A stretch of DNA of 64,000 nt. Source: Coraliomargarita algicola (lineage in GTDB: Bacteria; Verrucomicrobiota; Verrucomicrobiia; Opitutales; Coraliomargaritaceae). How positions within the stretch are numbered: the first letter of the stretch is position 1; each line of letters starts with the position of its first letter. This document shows positions 1-9,617 of the stretch, in pieces. The DNA lies in NCBI RefSeq assembly GCF_033878955.1, contig NZ_CP138858.1, positions 2,556,803-2,620,802 of the forward strand, given 5' to 3'. The position numbers and the translations under genes were made by a program. The notes under the pieces are model-generated. The model made no database searches, was not told the DNA's origin, and was given only the letters and a program-made list of their open reading frames with translations.

Positions 1-1
1 T

Positions 2-1837
2 GTGATTGTTGATGAAGCGCATCATGGAACAGCCAACAGCTACCGCGCCCTATTCGAGCATCTACATCCCCAAATATTGCTAGGATTAACAGCGACGCCC
101 GAACGCATGGATGGCAGTTCGATCTTGCCCGATTTCGACGATAGATTTGCCGCAGAAATTAGACTGTCCGAAGCACTCGAAGAGAAGCTGCTATGCCCCT
201 TTCACTACTTTGGGGTGACTGATAGTATCGATCTAACGGACGATCGTTTTTGGACAAATGGACGCTATGATTCACGTGAGCTAGAAGCCGTCCTGTCTGG
301 CGATGATATACGAGCGAAGACTCGCGTTGACACAGTCCTTCAAGCGATCGAGCGCTATCAACCCGACCTGAGTGATGTTCGAGCCATTGGTTTCTGTGCT
401 GGAGTGAAGCATGCACAATACATGGCGGATCACTTCAACCAAGCAGGCATCCCATCGGCCGTCTTGCTAGGAAGCACCGCACGAGACATTCGGGCAGAAA
501 GGCTTCGCGCCTTCCGCGAGGGGAGACTGACATTTCTATTTACCGTGGATGTGCTAAGCGAAGGCGTCGACATACCAGAAATCAATCTTGTCCTATTTCT
601 TCGTCCGACGGAAAGCCTCACTGTATTTTTGCAACAACTCGGACGCGGACTACGACACGCGATCAACAAAGACTGCCTCACAGTTTTGGATTTCGTCGGG
701 CAAACCCACCGCAAATATCGTCTGGATACAAAATTCGCAGCGCTACTTTCCCGCAAGCGTCAGCGTATAGACAAGGAAATCGAGAACGACTTCCCCAACT
801 TGCCACCAGGATGCAGCATTCAACTCGAACGAGTTGCGCGCGAACGAGTCCTCTCAAAGATCAAAGAGGTCTTAAATAACCTCAAGCAATTCATTCCAGA
901 AGTGATTCAAACTTGGGACGAAGAACAATCCAAACCACTCACTTTCGGGAATTTCATCGAAGCAACTGAGCTGTCACCCATTGAAGTCCTCTCCAAAAAA
1001 ACTTGGAGCGAATGGAAAGCCCTTGCCCATCAAAAAGCGCCCCCCAGAGATCCAGATATAAAAACTGCTCGCAAAGCATTGCCGAGACTAGTGCTACGCA
1101 ACGACCCTGACTTACTAAGCAACTTCCAAAAGCTCAACCAAGACCCCAAAGTCGAAGAAGCCACACAGACCTACGGCCGCCAGCAAGCGACCGCGATGCA
1201 CTACATTATGTGGGGTCAAAAAGGAGAAAACGTTGGCGTCGATAGCGCAGAAGGCTCCTTTAGTAAGTGGCAATCGAACCCAAGCGTAGCTGCGGATGCC
1301 GCCGAAATCGCCGCATGGAAACAATCAAAACACACAGCAAGTATTCGCAATATCCAACTCCCGTACCCATGCGACTTAAAACTACATGCACAGTATGGAT
1401 CTGCAGAAATCAAAGCAGCACTCGATTTATCCAGCATAGATAAAACAGGCCCGACCGGACAAGGCGTCATACATATCGAACCGCTCAAGACTTACGTCCA
1501 TCTCGTCACCTTCAACAAAGACGAATCCGACTTTTCGCCCACCACGCAATACAGAGACTATCCCATCAGCCGGACAAAACTGCATTGGGAAAGTCAGTCG
1601 AATACCAGTCAGTCCAGCAAGACAGGACAAAACTACATACACTTCAGAGAACGAGGCTACACGATCCTTTTCTTTGCACGTCTCAACAAAAGACAAGAGC
1701 GCGAAACCTCCCCTTTCATTTTCTTAGGAAGCGCAAAAGAACTATTGAACTATGAAGGCAACCGACCGATCTCAATGACATGGGAGCTGGATCACCCCAT
1801 TCCCGCAGAGCTGTTTGAAGAAGCTAGGTCGGTTTAA
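2..1837 (+). CDS. SF2 DEAD/DEAH-box helicase with C-terminal DUF3427-like domain (5' end outside window)
   Basis: Translated ORF shows motif II VDEAHH, motif III LTATP and a helicase C-terminal lobe (FLQQLGRGLR), followed by a ~300-aa tail typical of the ResIII+Helicase_C+DUF3427 architecture. The ORF is open to the window edge. Confidence 0.7.
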   Translation: MIVDEAHHGTANSYRALFEHLHPQILLGLTATPERMDGSSILPDFDDRFAAEIRLSEALEEKLLCPFHYFGVTDSIDLTDDRFWTNGRYDSRELEAVLSGDDIRAKTRVDTVLQAIERYQPDLSDVRAIGFCAGVKHAQYMADHFNQAGIPSAVLLGSTARDIRAERLRAFREGRLTFLFTVDVLSEGVDIPEINLVLFLRPTESLTVFLQQLGRGLRHAINKDCLTVLDFVGQTHRKYRLDTKFAALLSRKRQRIDKEIENDFPNLPPGCSIQLERVARERVLSKIKEVLNNLKQFIPEVIQTWDEEQSKPLTFGNFIEATELSPIEVLSKKTWSEWKALAHQKAPPRDPDIKTARKALPRLVLRNDPDLLSNFQKLNQDPKVEEATQTYGRQQATAMHYIMWGQKGENVGVDSAEGSFSKWQSNPSVAADAAEIAAWKQSKHTASIRNIQLPYPCDLKLHAQYGSAEIKAALDLSSIDKTGPTGQGVIHIEPLKTYVHLVTFNKDESDFSPTTQYRDYPISRTKLHWESQSNTSQSSKTGQNYIHFRERGYTILFFARLNKRQERETSPFIFLGSAKELLNYEGNRPISMTWELDHPIPAELFEEARSV

Positions 1838-1868
1838 GAAGTCTACACATTCCACACTCATTAAATCC

Positions 1869-2561
1869 ATGGATATCTTACTCTATATCATTATCGCCAT
1901 CATTGTTATCGCGATTACTTTTAAATCAATCATTCTGCCTCTCTTTACGCTGGCGACTCCAAAAGATGCAGCCCCTCAGCGCGTTGCGTCAAGAACTCAA
2001 GGATCATCAGAGCCAGAGGTGCATCCTTACATTCGCCGCGAGAGCATTCTGACACCTACGGAGCTGACATTCTTCAACGCCTTAGTACCGGTGATTAACG
2101 GGCACTGGCATATCTTCACAAAAGTCCGGCTAGAAGACTTAATCACCGTAAGGTCAGGCTTAGAGAAAAAGGAGACATACGGCTTCCGCAGTCGAATTAA
2201 ATCTCGTCACGTCGATTTTGTTCTCTGCGATAAGGAGACTCTGAAAATCCAGATGTGTATCGAGCTCGATGATAGCAGCCATCAGTCCGCCAAAGCGAAA
2301 AAAGCTGACGCCTTTAAGGACAAAGCCTTCAAAGCCGCCGGCCTCACATTAATTCGTATCCCCGCCCGACGCAGCTATAGTGACAACACTATCAAGACTT
2401 ATCTATTTGATTCCGAACCTGAATTCGCACAGGTGGCAGATAAATTGAGTTCCCCACCCGCTCACGTCGGAGCCACGCCTGCTCTAGAAGCCACCAGAGC
2501 AGCTCCCGAGAACGACGAGGATCCTCATGCTCGATGGAAACCAGCATCAATGAGGAAATAG
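1869..2561 (+). CDS. DUF2726-family membrane-anchored nuclease-like protein
   Basis: N-terminal TM helix (ILLYIIIAIIVIAITF) then the core SRHVDFVLCDKETLKIQMCIELDDSSH...LIRIP. It is a paralog of the ORF at 6740..7327, whose MDLLIY start matches the inferred start here (MDILLY at 1869). Confidence 0.6.
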   Translation: MDILLYIIIAIIVIAITFKSIILPLFTLATPKDAAPQRVASRTQGSSEPEVHPYIRRESILTPTELTFFNALVPVINGHWHIFTKVRLEDLITVRSGLEKKETYGFRSRIKSRHVDFVLCDKETLKIQMCIELDDSSHQSAKAKKADAFKDKAFKAAGLTLIRIPARRSYSDNTIKTYLFDSEPEFAQVADKLSSPPAHVGATPALEATRAAPENDEDPHARWKPASMRK

Positions 2562-3439
2562 GGACACACATTTTAAAAGCTAACCCAATCATGCACCGCG
2601 ACGCCTACAAAGCCTACCTTTACGAAAGGAATCTGAAAACAAGTCGGAAGGCGTCCTCATACCTCCGTGCACTTGATCTACTCGAACAGATGCTAAAGCG
2701 CGAAGCTTACAGCTTTTCGGATTGCCGGGACATTTGGAGTGTTCAATCAGTCGAACGCTTACAAGCGCTCTATGAGTTCGTGCTGACCGAAGCGAAACTC
2801 GGAAGCAAGACGCCTTGGTATATATCGGGATCTTCAAGTTATTTAGAGAAAGGTCACTGCTCCGCTGCTCTGATGAGCCTGCAAGAATTTTTAGTCGAAT
2901 CACATTATCAACAGGAACAACTCGAAACATTCGAATCGCATACAGGCGATGAGTCAGAACTCGCCCCAAAGCTCGAACGAAAACTGAACTACCCGAAATG
3001 GCTACTCGATGGCCTAAATCCAAAGGAAGGCAAAGATGTGGTGCGATCCGTAAAGACTCGCTTAGATCAAAGAACATTTAGCGACATCGTCTTTAAGAAT
3101 TACAATTCTACCTGCTGTGTCACCGGACTCGACATTCCTACCGTGAACCGCGCCAGTCACATCGTAGGCTGGGCCGATCCCCAAGGCAAAAAGATCAGAC
3201 TCGATCCACGCAACGGGCTCTGCCTCTCCGCGACCTACGACGCGGCCTTTGATAGGCACTTGATCAGCTTGGACGACGACTACCGGGTCATTATCTCAAA
3301 GGAAATCAAGGAACACTACAGCAGTGAAAGTGTGCAGACCTATTTTATCAGCAAGGAAGGTGATGCGATTACTCTGCCACAATCTTACTTGCCCCAAAAA
3401 GCCTATCTCGAATTTCACCGCAAAAAAGGCAATTTCTAA
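2534..3439 (+). CDS. HNH-family endonuclease (HNH_2 / restriction-endonuclease-like)
   Basis: C-terminal motif CCVTGLDIPTVNRASHIVGWAD...NGLCLSATYDAAFDRHLISLDDDYRVIIS is typical of HNH_2 nucleases. The start could also be the internal Met at 2591. Confidence 0.6.
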   Translation: METSINEEIGTHILKANPIMHRDAYKAYLYERNLKTSRKASSYLRALDLLEQMLKREAYSFSDCRDIWSVQSVERLQALYEFVLTEAKLGSKTPWYISGSSSYLEKGHCSAALMSLQEFLVESHYQQEQLETFESHTGDESELAPKLERKLNYPKWLLDGLNPKEGKDVVRSVKTRLDQRTFSDIVFKNYNSTCCVTGLDIPTVNRASHIVGWADPQGKKIRLDPRNGLCLSATYDAAFDRHLISLDDDYRVIISKEIKEHYSSESVQTYFISKEGDAITLPQSYLPQKAYLEFHRKKGNF

Positions 3440-3442
3440 CAC

Positions 3443-4134
3443 ATGCTCCCCTACACGAAGTTAAACCCGCACAGTCGCGGAAATGGCAACTATGCACTCC
3501 ACAAGCCACTGCTGTTATTATCCATTTTGGATATGACCGAATCGGGTGAAATCCGCTCTTCGCACTTAGAAAAAACTCCCGGACTAAGATTACGCTTTGA
3601 TGCGTATTGGGCGATCGTTCAAGCACGTTAGGGTGGTCTGCCAGGATTGGATCAACCTAGAAAGAGTAGTCAGAAGACAGATGTCAGAGGCCAGAGATGA
3701 ATATCAATCAGTTATGGCACTTCCTGTCTCGCCAAAATGGCGCATGCCGTGATTTTCATAACTAACTGATTCACAGTGACTGGCTTCTGTTCTCTGAACT
3801 CTGACTTCTGAATTAAGGATCAACCCTTTCACTATTTGCGCTCGCAAGGTTTCTGGACGACATACACGCCTTTTCCAAGAGCAGAAACAACTCTCCCGAC
3901 AATGGCCTCGCGTTGACACGCGATGCACACTGGATGTTTGACAAAGGCCTATGGACACTCGACGAGCAGCAGCGAGTGATCGTCGCCGACGAGATCTTTA
4001 CCGAATGGGGCCCCGAAACGGATTGGCTGCGCAAACGGCATCAGCAAGCCGCCTATTTTAACCAAGAATCCCAACTACGCCCGGCAGAGGTAAGGCTCCA
4101 TTGGCACCGAAAGAATGTCTTCAACAGCCTTTAA
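3443..4134 (+). pseudogene. disrupted HNH_2 endonuclease paralog (N- and C-terminal fragments in different frames)
   Basis: The N-fragment at 3443..3631 reads LHKPLLLLSILD. The C-fragment is open from ~3817 to 4134 and reads GLALTRDAHWMFDKGLWTLDEQQRVIVADE, matching the HNH_2 C-terminus of the neighbouring gene. Stop codons and frame changes lie between the two. Confidence 0.5.
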
Positions 4135-4310
4135 CCGCCGGCGAAGCATTGTTTTCAATATAATCTAATTTCATAACCATCTGAGACCGGACAACCTCAC
4201 AACCGGCAAGAACAATCAGGAAACTTCACGATCCAAACAATGAGGTTCCGCTAACGAAAGAAAAGCAGGAAGTATGGACTTTTTGGATCTGCCGCGAGAG
4301 AGCGCCCAGA

Positions 4311-4870
4311 TTCCCGGGATCGCCAATCTCCGCATTGGCTGCGGTGGCACGGGCCGCGACGACGCTCCCCGATCCAGAGGATCGAGGCTACGAAAGAGTG
4401 CAGGAGCTTTCCCCGGGATCGCCAATCTCCGCATTGGCTGCGGTGGCATGGGCCGCGACGACGCTCCCCGATCCAGAGGATCGAGGCTACGAAAGAGTGC
4501 GGGGGCTTTCCCCGGGATCGCCAATCTCCGCATTGGCTGCGGTGGCACCGGCCGCGACGACGCTCCCCGATCCAGAGGATCGAGGCTACGATAAAAGTGC
4601 GGGGGCTTTCCCCGGGATCGCCAATCTCCGCATTGGCTGCGGTGGCACGGGCCGCGACGACGCTCCCCGATCCAGAGGATCGAGGCTACGAAAGAGTGCG
4701 CGGGCTTTCCCCGGGATCGCCAATCTCCGCATTGGCTGCGGTGGCACGGGCCGCGACGACACTCCCCGATCCAGAGGATCGAGGCTACGATAAAAGTGCG
4801 GGGGCTTTCCCCGGGATCGCCAATCTCCCATTCGATGTTCGATGTTGGGCGTTCGATGTTCGCCCCATGC
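4311..4870. repeat. tandem array (~5.5 copies, ~100-bp period) of a hairpin-containing repeat, followed by a gttcgatgtt microsatellite tract
   Basis: cccgggatcgccaatctccgcattggc recurs at 4312, 4412, 4512, 4612, 4710 and 4811. The unit contains the inverted repeats gccaat/attggc and gatccagaggatc. Confidence 0.85.
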
Positions 4871-5142
4871 CCATGCGTCGCTTCCAGCTATGCAGGCCGC
4901 AGCAAGTGACGCCCCAACAAAATGAACCCGCAATCTAATTCTTAAAAAATCCACCATTTTCCCGTTTAACTCTCGAAAAATCAACAAATTCAACGACTGG
5001 CCGGCTTTAATTCTCCTTTTTTCCGCGCGCACGATTCATACGCACAAAAATCTAATTCTTGAAAATTCAACAGAAAGAACGTTTAATTCTTAAAATACCT
5101 ACAGATCGCGTAGATTTTAAGGCTTAATACATCTTTTTTCTT

Positions 5143-6633
5143 ATGGCTCTCCTATTCGGCACCTCGAATCCACAACGCTCTGCCGAAATCTCGCGTGAGC
5201 TGAAAGCGGGTCATTTACGAAAACTCGCTTCAAAACTCTACACAGACGACTTAAAAAGTCCTGCAGAGACGATTGTTCAACGCAACCGACTGATGATCGC
5301 GGCTCACTTTTATCCCGATGCAGTGATCAGTCACCGCTCAGCATTGGAGGGTGGCAGCGTCTCGCCAGGCGGCAAATTACACTTGAGCGTTCCCCGAAAA
5401 GGCGTGCCGCCTCGCAAACTCCCGGGTTTGGAAATCCGCATTTGGAATGGTCCAGAGCCTCAAGCGAACGACATACGCACACCACTAGGCGATGGGCTGG
5501 TAGTATACAGTGCATGCGAGGAGCGAGCTGTGCTAGAGAATTTTCAAATTGCGCGAGCTCGGGCAAATGATGAGTCCAAGACATTCTCTGGTCAGGAGCT
5601 CGAAAACTGGTTTGATCGACAACAACGGCTCGTCGGCCCCGACTGGCTTCCACAGCTTGAAGCTAAAGTGCAACAACTCGCGAACGAACTGGGCTGGCAA
5701 CGAGAGCTCGACTGTTTCAAACAGTTTATTGCCGCATTACGTGGCAAACCATCCAGCCATCAATTGGTGAGCGAGTTAGCTAGTTCACGTGCCCGGGGGA
5801 AACCTTATGATCCGGATCGTATCGCCCTATTTGCTGAACTGCACACACGCTTGGCGAGCGAACCCTTCCCCGATCTGCCCGCGCCGCCGGTAGCGGAACA
5901 TCCGAATCGGGCATTCTGGGAGGCTTATTTCTCGAACTTCATTGAGGGCACCAAATTCTCAGTCGAAGAAGCGCAAGAGTTGGTTAAAGAAACCGCAAAT
6001 GCCATTCACCTGGAAAAGAAGCGTCCGGAAGATGCGCACGACGTGAAAGAAACCTATCGACTGATCGTGGATCCGAATATCAGTGGAAGCGTCGCGAACA
6101 ATCCAGACGACTATATGAACCTGATCATTCGAAGGCACGCCCGTATGATGGCGACTCGTCATGATGTAGAGCCAGGCGTCTTTAAGACGAAAAATAATGA
6201 AGTCGGCTCACGCACATTTGTGAAACCGGAACTGGTGCGCGAAACACTCGCACGCGGATGGTTGGCCAGTCGCGAGCTGAAGTCGGCAGCATCGAGAGCA
6301 TTCTACATACTTTTTGTCGTCGCAGAGGTGCACCCATTCAAAGACGGCAATGGACGTATCTCAAGACTAGGAATGAATGCCGTGCTAGAGAATGCGCAGC
6401 AGATGCGACTGATCATCCCCACCTCGCTACGCAATGATTATATAAGCGTGCTCGAAGCCCTTACGCTGAACGGCAATGCCAATCCCTACGTGGCGTTCGC
6501 ACATAAGTTGATGGATTTTAACAGCCGTATGCCGTTTCGCTCTTTTGAGGAGTCCTACGAACACTTCAAAAAAACGGGCGCGCTCGACGAACCAACGAAC
6601 TCGAATTTCAGTCTAGAAAACTTCATTTCATGA
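5143..6633 (+). CDS. Fic/DOC family protein, class II (inhibitory motif in cis)
   Basis: Canonical Fic motif HPFKDGNGRISR. An upstream SNFIEG matches the inhibitory-helix consensus (S/T)xxxE(G/N). Confidence 0.8.
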   Translation: MALLFGTSNPQRSAEISRELKAGHLRKLASKLYTDDLKSPAETIVQRNRLMIAAHFYPDAVISHRSALEGGSVSPGGKLHLSVPRKGVPPRKLPGLEIRIWNGPEPQANDIRTPLGDGLVVYSACEERAVLENFQIARARANDESKTFSGQELENWFDRQQRLVGPDWLPQLEAKVQQLANELGWQRELDCFKQFIAALRGKPSSHQLVSELASSRARGKPYDPDRIALFAELHTRLASEPFPDLPAPPVAEHPNRAFWEAYFSNFIEGTKFSVEEAQELVKETANAIHLEKKRPEDAHDVKETYRLIVDPNISGSVANNPDDYMNLIIRRHARMMATRHDVEPGVFKTKNNEVGSRTFVKPELVRETLARGWLASRELKSAASRAFYILFVVAEVHPFKDGNGRISRLGMNAVLENAQQMRLIIPTSLRNDYISVLEALTLNGNANPYVAFAHKLMDFNSRMPFRSFEESYEHFKKTGALDEPTNSNFSLENFIS

Positions 6634-6739
6634 ACCCCAACGTCCAACAAGCCCTCAGTCAGAATTGAGGTGAGCGACTATAACGAATTTCTCCATTTCT
6701 GGTATTGATACACCAGAACTCACTCACTTTGATTTTGTC

Positions 6740-7327
6740 ATGGATCTTTTAATTTACGCCATCATTGGCCTTTTCGCTGTTTTATTTTTTGGTTTGGGAC
6801 TGGCGCGCAGCTTAATGTCGAAACCAGGCACGAAGAACCAAGCTTCCTCCAAAGCAAAACTAGATACGAATCAAGAAACGAAGCTGCCCTACCAAGCGTG
6901 CAAAAGTCTGCTGACGCCGAACGAACACGCGTTCTTTAAAGTGCTGCAACCCTTGGTCGAACCACATTGGCATCTGTTCGCTAAAGTCCGTATGGAGGAT
7001 ATCATTGAAGTCCCCAAAGAGCTGGAGTATCGTGAAAAGCAAAGCTTGAGAGGACGTATCAAATCGCGCCATATAGACTTCGTCATTTGTGACCCAACTA
7101 CACTTAAAGTATTAACCTGCATCGAGCTCGACGACAAGAGCCACCAAAAAAAGAAAAGCAAAGAGGCCGACCAATACAATGACCGGGCAATGCGCGATGC
7201 CGGAGTCAGTCTACTACGTGTCCCGGCCCGAATGAGCTACAGCGAGGAATACCTGAAAAGTTATCTGTTCGAGGAAGAAGCCCCTAGCGAATCCGCGTAT
7301 GCGCCCATAGCGACCGCGATGCATTAA
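6740..7327 (+). CDS. DUF2726-family membrane-anchored nuclease-like protein (second paralog)
   Basis: TM helix at the N-terminus, then SRHIDFVICDPTTLKVLTCIELDDKSH...LLRVP. Colinear with the ORF at 1869..2561. Confidence 0.6.
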   Translation: MDLLIYAIIGLFAVLFFGLGLARSLMSKPGTKNQASSKAKLDTNQETKLPYQACKSLLTPNEHAFFKVLQPLVEPHWHLFAKVRMEDIIEVPKELEYREKQSLRGRIKSRHIDFVICDPTTLKVLTCIELDDKSHQKKKSKEADQYNDRAMRDAGVSLLRVPARMSYSEEYLKSYLFEEEAPSESAYAPIATAMH

Positions 7328-7716
7328 AGTCAGGCCGCCTCGCAGTGTATTTATGGATACAAACGAAAAATAAAAATCATCGCACGCCAAACTTCCGAGT
7401 GGATAGACCCCAGAGCCACTAAGAACAATTAGGTCGTCCTCGCGAAAGGTTTCCAAATACCCTGCGTATTTATTTAATATACTATCTCAAAGTTCCAGCA
7501 CCTACAGCCCATCGACCGAATAATCGCGAAACAAATCCTCTGAGCGCTCCTTGGTGATATCGGTGGCATCTGTACAAATCTGCGTCCATCTGCGTCCATC
7601 TGCGTCCATCTGCGGTTATAATGTAGCGCGGGGCTTCGGAAACTATGTCAGCCATTACGATTCATATAATTTTGGTTCACTGGTAGTAGATCCAAAGATT
7701 AAACAGAGCATGGCTA

Positions 7717-8391
7717 TCAAAGTGTTCGAGTAAAACGACATTTAGGATACTGACTACACCCAAGAAACTGATTGCCTGCATTCGCTCCTCTTCGAGCCGT
7801 GCGAGTCACCAAAGGAGCTCCGCAGTTAGGACAGGTCGTATTTGATTTATGACGAGCCTTCAGGGAATTCATGTGTGTGCTGCGTGTCAGAGTTGGTGTC
7901 GCCTTTAACTCTTGAAGACGTCGATACACTGAAGACACCTCATCAGAAGAAAGCATTAATTCTCGATAGCTGCCTATATGTCTCGCAAGCCGTTCATTAA
8001 CAACATTTGGCGGCATCGAAGTTTTAAATACAGCATCCCCTATAAAAAAGATAATCGAATGAAAATAATTCTCACTAAGCCCCAAACACTCCGATAGGCA
8101 TTTTATGTGTCGATAATTTTGCCTAAGAGGATTCTGAAAAGAATGCTTCTTACCATATAGCACTTGAGTCCAGCGAGCTTGCTTGGGATCACCAAAAATC
8201 CAGCCATTATAATTCTTGGTTTCCACCACAAATATACCATAGCAAGAAACCAATATGTGATCTATTTGAGTTGTACCGCTACGCGTTGGGACGATCAAAT
8301 CATGAATACGCAAATAAACCCTGCTATCCAAGAAAGCCCACATCCCAACTGAAGCCATTTTTTCACCAAACCAACCTTTAAGGACCCCCAT
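7717..8391 (-). CDS. NERD-domain protein with C-terminal topoisomerase-type C4 zinc ribbon
   Basis: NERD core QIDHILVSCYGIFVVETKNYNGWIFG. C-terminal CPNCGAPLV...CSQYPKC. The locus is AT-rich relative to its surroundings. Confidence 0.7.
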   Translation of the reverse strand: MGVLKGWFGEKMASVGMWAFLDSRVYLRIHDLIVPTRSGTTQIDHILVSCYGIFVVETKNYNGWIFGDPKQARWTQVLYGKKHSFQNPLRQNYRHIKCLSECLGLSENYFHSIIFFIGDAVFKTSMPPNVVNERLARHIGSYRELMLSSDEVSSVYRRLQELKATPTLTRSTHMNSLKARHKSNTTCPNCGAPLVTRTARRGANAGNQFLGCSQYPKCRFTRTL

Positions 8392-8728
8392 AACTAACCT
8401 CCATAAACAAATAATTCAGTATTATGATAATATGTGAGGAAAATAACAAAACCAATCAAGACAAACCAACCACAAACATAGTCACAAAAACGATAGAATC
8501 CCCTACGTGGCCGATCCAACGGCGGTCGTCACCCCTGCGTCGCTTTCAGCTATGCATTGAGCTGCCCCCGACAAAAAGAATCCGCGACTCAACTAGCAGT
8601 GCACTGGGCTTTCAGGTCTCAGCATAGCGGTGGCTTGGATTCACGTCCATTCACGTCCATTCACGGTTAAGTATTGTAGTTACCTGATGGATACCAGTTC
8701 CAGAAAAGGATCTGTGTTCCTCGCTGCT

Positions 8729-9598
8729 TCAATCCACCATGTTCACGCGGTATTCTGCGAGTGGATGCTTGCTTTGCCATTGTGGGAGGCGTGGGCTGGG
8801 ACCTTCGATGCGAACCAGGGGCGGTGTGCGCTCGGCGAGGCCGTTGATCTTTGCCCAGAGGGTGGTGTCGCCCCAGTATTGTGGGGGCGTGTCGGCCTGC
8901 GCGACGGCGATGAAAATTTCGGCTGGACTGTGATGGCCGGCGCGGAGGGCAGCGAGGGTGTGGTATTCGAGTCGTCCGAACTCGCTGTCGGCGTAGCTGT
9001 GTTCTTGCAGCCAGCGCGTGACTGCCGCGGGAATCCATTGGATGGGGGCCTGTGATTGAGCGGCTAGCGCTTGGAATGCGGCGAGGTCTTGCTCGGCGAA
9101 GGCGCGGTCGACTTGGCAGGCAAATTCAAATTGTTCGGGGCTGACGGGCTGTCGTGTGGGGTAGCTGGCGGCCAGCTCGCTGGGCTGTAGTTGGCCGAGG
9201 CCATTGTAGCGTTCGATTCGGGGATGGGCGTCGATGCAAATGAGCTCGACTTGCGAGCGCTTCAAATGTTGTAGGCAGGTGAGAATGTGGCACAGCATCG
9301 ATTGATCGAATAGGCAGGCATCGAACCACAGCACAATCTGTGTGTCGGCGAGCATTTCGCTCAGTTTGCGGTATTGGTCCTGGAGTGTTTCCAGCACGTA
9401 TGCCTGGTCCAGGCCGCCGCCCGTGCTTTGCTCGAGGAAAACGGCGCGTGCTCGTAAAGTCGCCTCACTCGGCCAGCCCGGATTGCGGGGGCCGTCGTAG
9501 AGAATGTCGTGCCAGACAAAAACCTCGCCCGGCAGTTGTGCTTGTGTGAGTAACTGACCGGCGCAGTCGCCGCTGGTGATGTGAAGGGTTGCTGCCAT
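8729..9598 (-). CDS. DUF1835/DUF3658 domain protein
   Basis: N-terminus LHITSGDCAGQLL is typical of DUF1835. The C-terminal half resembles DUF3658. Confidence 0.5.
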   Translation of the reverse strand: MAATLHITSGDCAGQLLTQAQLPGEVFVWHDILYDGPRNPGWPSEATLRARAVFLEQSTGGGLDQAYVLETLQDQYRKLSEMLADTQIVLWFDACLFDQSMLCHILTCLQHLKRSQVELICIDAHPRIERYNGLGQLQPSELAASYPTRQPVSPEQFEFACQVDRAFAEQDLAAFQALAAQSQAPIQWIPAAVTRWLQEHSYADSEFGRLEYHTLAALRAGHHSPAEIFIAVAQADTPPQYWGDTTLWAKINGLAERTPPLVRIEGPSPRLPQWQSKHPLAEYRVNMVD

Positions 9599-9617
9599 TG
9601 AAATACGTGTGAAAGAT

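Noticed and set aside
4311-4870. Possible CRISPR array (also considered for 19250-20600)
   Set aside because: The repeat unit is ~100 bp with internal hairpins. The spacers are either absent (strict tandem in array A) or made of gttcgatgtt microsatellite, not unique sequence. No cas genes are nearby.
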